Positions 36,700 through 48,600 of a stretch of 58,497 bases of DNA are shown piece after piece. Under the pieces are notes generated by a model. That model did not search any database and was not told where the DNA came from. It was given only the letters and a program-made list of their open reading frames with translations. The DNA is from Candidatus Dojkabacteria bacterium (lineage in GTDB: Bacteria; Patescibacteriota; Dojkabacteria; J137). The position numbers and the translations under genes are program-made. Position 1 is the first letter of the stretch; each line of letters starts with the position of its first letter. The DNA lies in contig JANWZV010000001.1 in assembly GCA_025061805.1 (NCBI GenBank), forward strand, positions 1 through 58,497, read 5' to 3'.

Positions 36700-39600
36700 A
36701 TGTCAGAAGAAAACAAAAAAGTAATAAATCTCTTACCATCTACTTATAAAACGAGATTTTTGGAAAATTTATTTACGAATTCTTTTGATAATCTTTTTGA
36801 TAAAGGAAATAGCGAGTTTTTGGATGGTTTTATTGGTAAGATAACAAGTTATTACGAAAAAAATTCACAAAATTATATAAAAGAAAAAGATATCAATAGG
36901 ACAATATATCAATTTGAACCGATTGTAATTAGTAAAAACGGAAATAATGAGAATTTTAGTTTGTTTTATGAATGTTTCTTGAATTCAATAAAATTGAATG
37001 GTGGCTTCATAGAAAATCAAAACAGGTTATTTGAAAATTATTATTATTCTTGGTGTCCACCTATAGATATTGATAAATTTATGAATTTCAAAGAATACTT
37101 TTGGTTAAAAGATGGCCCGACATTCAGGTATGCTGGATATAAAATACATGAATATGTATCTAATGGAACAGATACCATATATAATTTTGATTTACCTTAT
37201 ATTAATCAGAATGAAATAATTGTTACTGTCGATGATGTGTTACAAAACCTAGGAGTGGATTACGTTATTCAGAATAGATCCGTAGTTTTTAATACTTCCC
37301 CTCCCGTAGACAGTAAAATAAAAATAATATCTTACAAGATCATAGGATATGAAATTTATGTTTCTGATGGTGTCAATAAAAAATATAAAGTTCCTCTGAT
37401 ATGTAAGAAAAAAGAGGATATTATAGTTTTCATAAACAATATATTGACTACTTCTGGTTTTTCCATAGTTGAAGAAAATGGAGAATTTTATGTTATTTTC
37501 GATAATCCTGTGATAGTTGGTTCAAATATAGAAATAATAGTATATAAAATATTGAATGTATTAGAAGATATTTTGGGTAGAAAGCACATAAAGGATATAA
37601 ATGGTTATTATTATTCTTCCAATATGAAAATAGTTTTTTCTTATAATGTTTTTCCTTCCGTATATAACTCTGGAGAATGGATAATAGAAGGAGTAGGCAG
37701 AGAAATAAGGCTTGCTTTTGATGGTACTGGATCAAGCTTGACTTCTGGATGGGATTTGTTTTTATGGGATAGTATAGCGTGGGATAATGATTTGTTCGTA
37801 AATTTTTATCCTCTTTCGGCGCTTATAAAAAGCGATATACCTGAATATGAAACAATAGAAAGAACATCCTTAAATAATAATCCATGGAGTAGAACCAATA
37901 GATGGTTCCATTATGATGTTCTGACTCCAGAAGATAGAAAGAAAGCTATACAAGCTAAAAGACCTATAATTGAATTTGAAAGAGATTTGGAACTTTATAA
38001 TTATGGGAGATATTTTAGGGGATTTGTTGATTTAGTGATTAACGATATGAAGGATCCCATAAATAGTTTTCTTAATGCTTTAAATGTAAATAAAATAAAT
38101 CCATATTGCATATCCGCGATTTCAATAAATTCTCCTGGTTCAGGATATACCAATTTAGGCGGAAATGGTGAAGTTGTGTGCAATGTTGTTGGCGGTACCG
38201 GAACTGCTGCTCAAGTAAAAGTAACTTTGACATCTGGGCAAGTTACAGCCGTACAATTAGTAACAAAAGGAGAATATACGACTATACCGGTCGGTCCTGT
38301 TACTGTGGACACTCTAGTGGGTGGCTCGGGCGCTAGTTTCAATGTTGAATACAATGAAATAAATACTTCTTTTTTCATAAAATCTTTGGTTTGGCCAAAT
38401 TCTTATCTAGGAGAATCCGAAATATTTTATGGAAACATCAAAATAAAAGATGGGATGAGAATTCTCGTTTTGAATAGTAATACATCGGATAAAAATAAAG
38501 TTTTCAAGGTAAGTGGAATAGCTGGCTTGGGTTCTCCTAATTTGCTTTTGGAAACCGATGGAATATTGACCAATGGTGATCCGTTCGAGGGAGAAATTCT
38601 TTATGTAAAGGATGGAATATTCAAAGAAAATGAATTTTATTTCGATGGAATATCTTGGAATATATCTCAAATTAAAAATTTTGGTAACCCTCCTTTGTTT
38701 CAATTATATGATGCGGATCCGATCAATAACTATGGTGTGAAATTGAATGATTCCGTAAGATATCCAAATAGTGATTTCAATGGAAATAAGATATTTTCTT
38801 ATGCTGAGGGAGAAGGAAAAAAAGATAAAGTATTAAATAAGAAACTTAAATATGACAAAAATGGTGAAATTGTTTTCGTTTTTAATTTAGTGACTGATAG
38901 ATATCAATATTCAGACGGAGAGATAAAAGGGTTTTATTTTTATAATAAATTAGGAAAGACAAAAGAAAAAGACGAGTTTTACAATTCTTGGCATAGAAAA
39001 AACAAGAAAAGTAAACAAAATTATTATAATAGATTGATTTCGGATGTCGATGGAATAAAAATATTTGAAGTAAATTGGAAAATAAACAAAATAGAAGAAA
39101 TTTACATAAACGGCAAGAAAGTAAATTATACTTATTTGATTGATACAAACAAAACAATAATAAATCTACAAAATTTGTTGGAAAAAAATGATATTATAGA
39201 AATTATATCCGTGTATGATGAAGATTCAAGAAATGGAAATTTTGAAATACCGCAGAATTTATCAAAAAATCCTAACTTTGAAGAAGTTACTTTTCTTTCC
39301 AAGACTAATTATGGTATTCATTTCAATGAAAATATTCAAGAAAACTTATCGACTGTAAAATTTGTAAATCCTGGACAATATTATAGTAAAAACAAATATC
39401 GAGATAGCGAAAAAAATTGGTCTTTTGGTGAACAAATAATACAAAACGAAGAGTCTATTTTGAAAGCTTCGTTGATTTTTTCAAAAAGTGAATTGAATAT
39501 TTTTGATTCTATAGATTATTTGTCTAGAGAATATAATAGATTTTTCAATAAATTTATTCAAAAATTAAATTATTTTTATACCGAAAATATATTGAATCAA

Positions 39601-42600
39601 TTGGATCCTCCGGGAAAATGGGTAGAAGAAATACTGAAAGAACTTAATAAAAATAAAACCAACGATTTTCCTTTTTATAGATCTCTTTTTGGAGATATTA
39701 ATAATTTTATTCCTCCGTCGTTGAGTTATTTGGGAATTTTACAAACTTATTATCCTATAAAATTTATAGATACTTCCTTACAAGAACCTCTGGAATTTAT
39801 ATTATGCCACGATGGAAGTTTAATAAAATCTTTTGGAGATTTTAGGGATGATGTAATTTTGGAATTGGAGATATTTCTATACAATTCTATAGAAAGTAAA
39901 TTCAAGAACGAAAATCTTTTTGAGTTTTCTATTTTTGATGTCTTGCCGGGAAAATGGAGAAAAACAGATTATAATATGAATGAAATAAATTCTATATTAT
40001 CGAGATATTTTGAGATATGGTGTTTGCAAAATAATATTTCTTATAGAAACAATGTTACTTATTCGGCTGATAATTATTGGTCGTTCAATTTTAGAAACGC
40101 AAAATCTACTCTAGGTGATGTTTTGAATGGTTCTTGGAGAGCAATATATCATTATTATTATGATACCGATAGACCACATCTATTTCCTTGGGAAATGTTA
40201 GGTTTTTCGGAAAAACCAGGATGGTGGGATTCCGAATATGGTCCTCCTCCTTATACTTCATTGAACTTGAAACTGTGGGAGGATTTAAGAGATGGCAGAA
40301 TAAGAAATGGGCCAAGAAAAGGCATAGATAAACGATTTGCTAGACCAGAATTATTGAAGATTCTACCGGTTGATGAACTGGGGAATCTATTGAATCCATT
40401 TGAAGCAAAAATTTTCGATAATTCTGTTTTATCCAATGATTTCAGTGAAGATTGGAAATTCGGAGATTATGGTCCGGTAGAAAATGCATGGAGAAGAACA
40501 AAATTTTATAGATTTGATTTGCTGAAACTTCTTCTTCTAACTAAACCCTTAAAATCAGTAGAGTTATTTTGGGACACCAAAAACATAAAAAGAATTTACA
40601 ACGATAAAGAAAAAACGAATCAATTGGTCAATATTCTTTATAAATCTAGGCCTAAACATGAATTGTATCAAGTCTTTGGGGAAAGAAATGATGTTCTTGG
40701 CTTGCAGAATATCATAACACATTATCTTGAAAAAGATTCGAAAGATATAAAAACTTTTTATGGGGATTTTATAAGAAACTTGAATGTAAAGTTGGGTTAT
40801 AGATTTGGTAGTTTCATAAATTCCGAATTTTTATCTGTTTTTTCAGAAACATACGGATTTTTACCAAAAGAAGATATAAATGTATTTTTATACGAAAGCA
40901 TACCTTTTAAAGAAACATTTTATTCCGGAATATTAGTAAGGAACTTAGGAAACAATATTTTTCAGGTTTTTGGATATGATGTTCTTGATCCGAATTTCAA
41001 GATCATTAAAGGATCTTCTTCCGGAAGAAAAAAAGATATTTCGATATTTTTAAATAATAATATTTTACCCAAAAAATGGAATCCTAATACTGAATATAAC
41101 GTCGGCGATTACGTTTATTACGAAAATGATGCTTATAAGGCAATAAAAGCACATAAATCTTCAAAAAATTTCGAAGATGATTTGAATAAATGGAAATTGC
41201 ATTCTGATACGGTAGAAAATATATTTTTCGTTGTTAATAAAAAATTAGATGTAGAAAAAGAACAAATAACGAAATTTGGTTATGGTAGTATTATTTTTGG
41301 TATTCAAGATTTGGTTGATTTCATTTTTGATTATGAAAGATACCTTCTACGCGAAGGTTGGATTTTCGATGAATATGTATTCAACGAAGAAACCGGCGAA
41401 GGAGTTATTTTTGATTTTGAATATTCGGTTAAAGAATTGTTGAAATGGATCATTTCAGAACCCCCGGTTAATTCTATATTTGCTATTTCTCCTTTTTCTA
41501 AAAAAGCAAGATTCAAAACAGATTTCGGATATATAAAATCAATAAATGATTATCTGAAAAGTAGGTATAGCATACTCAATAGAGATGGGTCGATAGTTAA
41601 TACGGAAAATTTCATAATTTTTAGATTGAATGATTTCTTTGAAATAGAAGCAAAAGAATTAAGCGAAGTTAATAATATTTATGGGTTAAGATTATTATTA
41701 AATTCTTTTGAGCATGCTTTTTATGTAAATAACAAAACAATATTTGGTGATATAATTTTTGATCCTTTATATAATCAAAGACAAAATAGATTGAAAATTT
41801 CTACTTTCAGAACAAAGAACTGGAATGGTAGAGTTACTTCTCCTGGATTCATAATAACCGAAAATACAATAAAGCCGAATTTCGATAAATCTGCGGATAA
41901 CTTCAGAAGGTTTTTTGACTTGAATAATCAAGTCGAAGATAAGAAATTAAGAGATTATGCAAACCATAATATAGCATATCAGTCTAGATCTTATCTTAGA
42001 AATTTAATTTTAAGTGATACCAGTCAGATAGATTTTTATAGGGGTTTGATAAGACAAAAAGGTTCTAGCAATTCTATCACTAAAATATTGAGGTCTAATT
42101 ACATTTCTAATTTTGCCAATTTTAAATTCTATGAAAATTGGGCTTTCAGAATAGGAGAATTTGGAAATTATGATGAAAAAAATAAGATAGAAATAAGCTA
42201 TCCTGTAAGTTTGAAAAAGAGTGATGTTCAATATTTCAAGTTTGATATAATAAACAAGGATACGTGGAAAACTCTCATTGATATATCTACCGGAGATTAT
42301 GATATAGAAATTTATGGGGAAAAATTAAAGAAATTGGATTTGGATTCAAAAAATGATGACATAATTTACGTTTATGATTTTAAATCTAAAAAATACAAAG
42401 TACAAAATGATTCTTTGATACAACCCATAATAATAAATGGTGGTTCCAATTTCGAACCAAATAAAAATTTCTTGGTCATTTATGATACCAAATATGCAGA
42501 TAAGACTGCAAAGTTTTTACTGTCTTCTAATTCATCTGGTCAAATTTCTTCCGTTGTTCTATATGAAGAAGGAGAATATAAAAGCGTAGATACGATAGGA

Positions 42601-45600
42601 TTTTTCGATATAACAGAAAATGAATTGAAAGGAGAAAATTGGCCAAATCAAGGAAGAGATTTTGTTCTAAGAATAAAATTCATAGAAACCAATGATGAGT
42701 TTATTTCGGTAAAGAATAAGTTATGGAAAATAAGACAAGAAGAAGATTATCCATTTTATGAAGATTATGAGTCTTCTTATAAATCCGTGGACAATGTTGA
42801 TTTCAGATTCATCCCGAATGCCGGATTTGTTCTAGAAAATGAAACAAATTATTCAGATTTTTACATCAATGATATCTTAAAGCCTATTGATTTTGAAAAT
42901 TTAGAAACTTTTACGCCTGATCTTTTGAATAATGTTCCTGTTTTTAGACCCGACGAGACTTTATGGATTTATTCTTCTCCTGGCAGCAATTCTTATTTCA
43001 ATGAAAATTATTTGGGAGATTGGACTGTTGCAAGAGTAGTCGATCAAAATTTCAAAATACATGCATACTTGGAAAGCGACCCTTCATTCAATTGTCCTTT
43101 GGTTGTCAATTCCATACCAAATGATTATGTCCAATATATCGGAAACGGTTCAAATACGACATTTTTGATACCTTTTATTTTCTATAAAAACTCAGATTTG
43201 GTTGTTTTGATAAACGGAAAAATATTAGATAATACCAATTATAATATAGTAGGAAACAATATAATATTCAATACTGCTCCTACAAACAATGCCAGAATAG
43301 AAATATCTAGAAAAGGACTTTGGATATATCAAACAGATGGAAGATTTAAAGGCTGGACTCAAGTTTTTTATTCAGGAAAATTCAATTTCAACCGTTTTGT
43401 TTCTATAGGGGAAGAACTTAAAAAAGATGTCAATATTGCCGATTATGTCATAGTTGCTTCGGGAATAGAATGTTTTAGATTTGGTTCTTTGGGTCAAAAT
43501 TATGTTCCAGGTGATATTCTTACGCTTTCAGGTGGTACTCTTGCTCCTGGAGGTAATCCGGCTACATTTAGAGTTAATAACGTATATACTACTTATGTTT
43601 CCTCTGTTTCTGTATTGTCCGGCGGTTCTGGATATCCACCTAACCAAACCTTCAATAACGTCAGATTAATAGGAGGACAGGGGGCCGAGGCACTTGTAAA
43701 TGTCACTACTGATGCCTTTGGATCTGTCTCTACTGTCTCGATATCAGGCAACAATTACGGTTCATATCAAGTCAATCCTCTTGGAAATATATGTACTTTG
43801 GATTTAACTCCTGGATCCGGCGCACAGATATTGGTGACAATGCAAGCATATACTTATGCAAACACGATAACGTTAGTTAACGGTGGAACCGGTTATTCGA
43901 TAGACGATGTTCTCGAAATAGTCGAGTCTTCTTCTTATTCCCTTGAACAAATAAGAATTGCTGTAACGGAAGTAGATCAATTCGGGTCGATAACAAAATT
44001 CCAGATAGTTTCTAGGGGTCAATTTATACCTTCTACTTTTCTTCCACAACCACTGTCTACGAATGTTGTGGCTCCTCCTTTCTCTAATGGATCCGGAGCT
44101 ACTTTCAATGTCACTTATGGAAATAATCCTCACGTTTTAAGAGATATAGATATTATTTTCCCGGGAAATTATATATCTGTTTCTACTTCGGTACCATATG
44201 CTCTTACGGGCGGTTCTGGCACAGGCGCTTCTGTTTTCGTGGAAATAAAGGAAGAAGGGTTTTTGATAGGATATGAAGAAAAGGTAAAACCAGGAGATTG
44301 GTTGGTATTTATTTCCAGAAAATGGCAGAGAACAGTTCCCAATCTCACGGATTATATAGTTATCAAGGCATCTAATTTGGAATTGGAATTCTTTGATCCG
44401 AATATTTTATCCAATTTGGTTCCAATAGATTTTTATACCTTAAGAGAAATAAAATTTGATACATACAACGATGTTTTGACAAATTATGTTTTGCCCAATA
44501 ATAATTCTAAAGCGTTTGTTTTGAATCTTAATTCGTTTTTGAACAATAATCTCAATTTATGGGGAGTTTTGAGATATAATGGAACGAATTGGTTGTTAGA
44601 TAGGGCACAGAATAAAAGAGTAAGGCATGATAGATATATATCTGGATTCATTTATGATAAAAATCAAAATATTGTAATTTCGGATGTTGAATATTATGAT
44701 CCTTATAATGGAAGATTATTAAGCGACATAAGAGAAAATGTAGATATATTTTCTGATGAAGATCCTGCTATTTATGGACAAGAAAGAAATTCTTGGCTTT
44801 ATGACAAAGTTGGTACTATTTGGTGGAATCTAAAAGAATATAGAATATTGGATTATGAACAATCCGATTCTTCGTATAGAAGAAAAAATTGGGGAAAACC
44901 AGTAAAAAACAGCAAAATAGAAGTATATGAATGGATAAGAAGTGACTTAAAACCGACAGAATTCAAAAATAGGCTAGAATCTTTCACAGAAAGAGATTTG
45001 TTTCCAGGAGAACCAGTATTCGAAGACAAATTCAACGAATCTTTTGAATTTGATCCCATTTTCAATAGGAGTATCAAGTATTACTATTTCTGGGTAAGAA
45101 AAAGACAAATAGTGAACGATAAGAAAAAATTAAGTATTAAACAAATTTCAGACTTGATAAACAACCCGAATATTTCTTTAAAGCCCTGGTTTGCAGGTAT
45201 ATCCAAAGATGGAATGATAATTTATGAACCAGGAAATGTATTAAGTGATGATACGATATTTCAGATAATATATACCAAAAACGAAAAAACAAAAGATTAT
45301 AATAATCATACACAATGGGTTTTGGTTCCTGAAAAAAGCGATACTTTCGATATTCCAAAAAGGCTTCTCAACAAATTGAGAGATTCTTTATGTGGTTTTG
45401 ACGATTATGGCGAAAAGAAAGAATTGTTCGAAACAAAAAGAAAAATATTGGATAATGTGACTATTTTGAATTCTGGTTCTGGTTATAACAACGGAAATTT
45501 CATTGCTACGGTTTCAGGTGGAACATTTATTGTTCCTGCAACGCTTAGTGTAACAGTAAGTGGCGGTCAAGTTGTTTCTTGTTCCATACTTAATCCAGGA

Positions 45601-48600
45601 TTATATTTGGTTCCTCCTCCTTCTCCTGTTTCCGTGACTGGTATACCAGGGGGTTCTGGAGCTTTATTTAATGTTTTGTTTTTAGAATTAAACAATCAAT
45701 ATGACATATGGATACCAAAATTAGTTCCTGATGAAAATTTAAGCGATGTGGAAAAATATGGAAATTTAATAAGACCAAGGCAGACATGGTTCAAAAACGT
45801 TTGTAAGGCCAGAAAAGAATATGTAGAAGTCATAAATTATATTTTGGGAAAATTGAATCTTTATAAAGATAGGCCTAATTGGGATTTAGGTATCAATCAA
45901 TCCGAGCCATATCCATTTGATATAAACAATCCTTTACCGAATCAAAAAGTAGTATCAGATTCCTTCGATTTATATAATAAAATCATAACAAATCAAATAG
46001 TATTAAATGATATCATTTTGATGCTTGGTAATCAGAATACAAAAGGTTTTTGGACACTTTGGAAATATGAGCAGAGTGGTTTAAAATTATTGGATTACCA
46101 AAAATATAATACTGTTGATTTTTATGAAATCATAGATTGGTATTCGCCTGAAGTGGATAAAAACAATGTTCCGATTATAATTTATCAAGATAATTTAGAA
46201 AGAGATTCTAAAACTGATACTTCTTTGCTCAATAAAATTGTAAAAGTAGAAAATGACGGATCAAATAAATGGGCATGGTATAAATTAAAAATCAACGAAT
46301 TAAATAATTTTTATTGGGAATTGGTTGCAAGAGAAAAATCGACAATTAAATTATCATCTAAATTCTACGAAAATTGCGGAAATATATTCGGTTTGTTTTT
46401 CAACAAAAATTACAATTCTTTTATTTATGGATTAAATTGGGATGAATTCGATTGGGACACATTTGAGTGGGATCCAATAAAGATAAATGTTCAGAATTCT
46501 ATGATTGGATTCGGCAAAGAGGTAGATAAAAGGAGTGGGATTTTAGAATTAAGAATTCTATTTGAATATTTAAACAACAATGTTTTGGATTTATCAGAAA
46601 TAAATTTGATGTTTTTCACGATGGTCAGGTTTGCTCATACTGAGCATAGTTATATTGATTGGGCATTCAAGACTAGTTTAGTAGATGTAGTTGGGTTCAA
46701 TCAAGAATTAAAACAAGATGCGATTATATATTTTGATATCAGCAAGAGCTTTTTGGATTTCTTCGATGAAGCAAAACCATATCATGTTAAGATAAAGGAT
46801 TTTATAAAATCTTTTTCTTTTGTGGATATTGCTAATTTTTATGTTACTGATTTCGATAAACCCGTATTTTTCGATATCGAAACAAAGGAATATAGAGTTT
46901 TGTCTGTTTTTGACCCCAATGATATTAAAATATTCGAAAGTCCTAAAAATCCAGGATTATTTTTCAATTTCTTGTTTTTGAATTTGTTCCTTAACAATCC
47001 AAGACAATCGCAGAGTTTTATTGTTTCTAACGTAAATCAGATTGTTTTTACTCTTCCTTTGGATATAATTGATGCTTCTTTGGTGGAAGTAAAAGTCAAT
47101 AATATATTGAAAACAATAAATGTGGATTTTTATGTCTCTCAAAACAATATAATATTCTTATATCCATTGAGCATAGGAGATGTCGTGGATGTAATAGAAA
47201 GACAGATACCTAAAGGATTACAAGGATTGGTTACTTCCAAAAATATATGGAATGACTGGTATTCTAATTACCTCGATAATCCAGAGTTAATAAGAACCTT
47301 AAAAATAAAAATTCTTTTTGATAGATTGTCTTGTATAGATTCCAATACACAATTCTTCTGGGATGAATTTGATTGGGATACAATAGTTTGGGATAATGCT
47401 CAAACATTGGTAAATCCTAATATAACAGATACTGTTTTCATCAATCTAAGCAATGGTGTTCAGATTTATGATTTGTCTTCGATTGTTCAAATAGATCAAA
47501 TATTGTGGCATCCTTATAATTTTTCTGAAATATATTACATTCATAACAATAATGAATCATTACTTCAAGATGATGATTATCAATTGTTTTATTTAGATTT
47601 GTATAATTTTACTGGAAATGGAACAAATACAACTTTTTCGGTCAATACGAAACAAAATATAACACCGCCTGTAATACAGGTTTTCGTTAATGGCGTGTTG
47701 CAAAATTACGTCACTGATTATGTTTTGGTTGGCAAAAATGTTGTTTTCAATGTTCCTCCACCAAATAATTCGATTATTTTAGTAAAAATATTGCCTAGAA
47801 TTATTCTAAACTTCTCTCCTTCCACTGGATCTTCTCTAAAGATAAAAAGAACTCTTGAATCTATGGAAAGAATATTGAAATATTATATTAATAAGGAAGG
47901 AAAGAAGTCAAAAATAGAAAAAAGATTGATACCGAGATGTGATTTTTACGGAACTGTAATAGAAGGCGAAGGTTTTGTAAAAAGTTTTGATTGGGATATG
48001 TTTGATTGGGATATTCCAGGATCTTGGGATGTTTCAACTATTTCTACTCTTTATTTTAATGATTTGATTTTGAGTGGTGGACAATTTTATGATAGTTATG
48101 ATTTCACTGGTGATGGTTCTACTTTATTGTTTTCTTTGAATCCGCCTCCTTCTGTTTTACCAAATACGAATACAAATAGTATAGTTTTTATAAATGGTGT
48201 CCTACAACAACCAAACATAGATTATTCTTTCTTTGGTAATAGCATAGTTTTCACGTTGCCTCCTCCCAATAATTCCGAAATAAAAGTTATAATAGCTCCG
48301 TTCTTACCGGCAAATACCAATATTTGGGATATAGTTGTAGATGGATACGAATTTGTCTCTCCATTATACGGACCCAATCAACCGGAGGAAAGAGTGAAAA
48401 TAAAGCCAAGATCGCCTGTAATAATGAAAACATTTACCGAATATTCTTTTGGTGATTTTCCGATTGAAATAATAAGACTGGAAGGTAATGCATCATCCAA
48501 TTTCGTGGAATTCAAGACATATCCTCAATCTATTGAAAGTATAATGGTATTTTATAATGAAAATCTCATTTTACCGCCTTTGTGGAATTTAGATTATTTG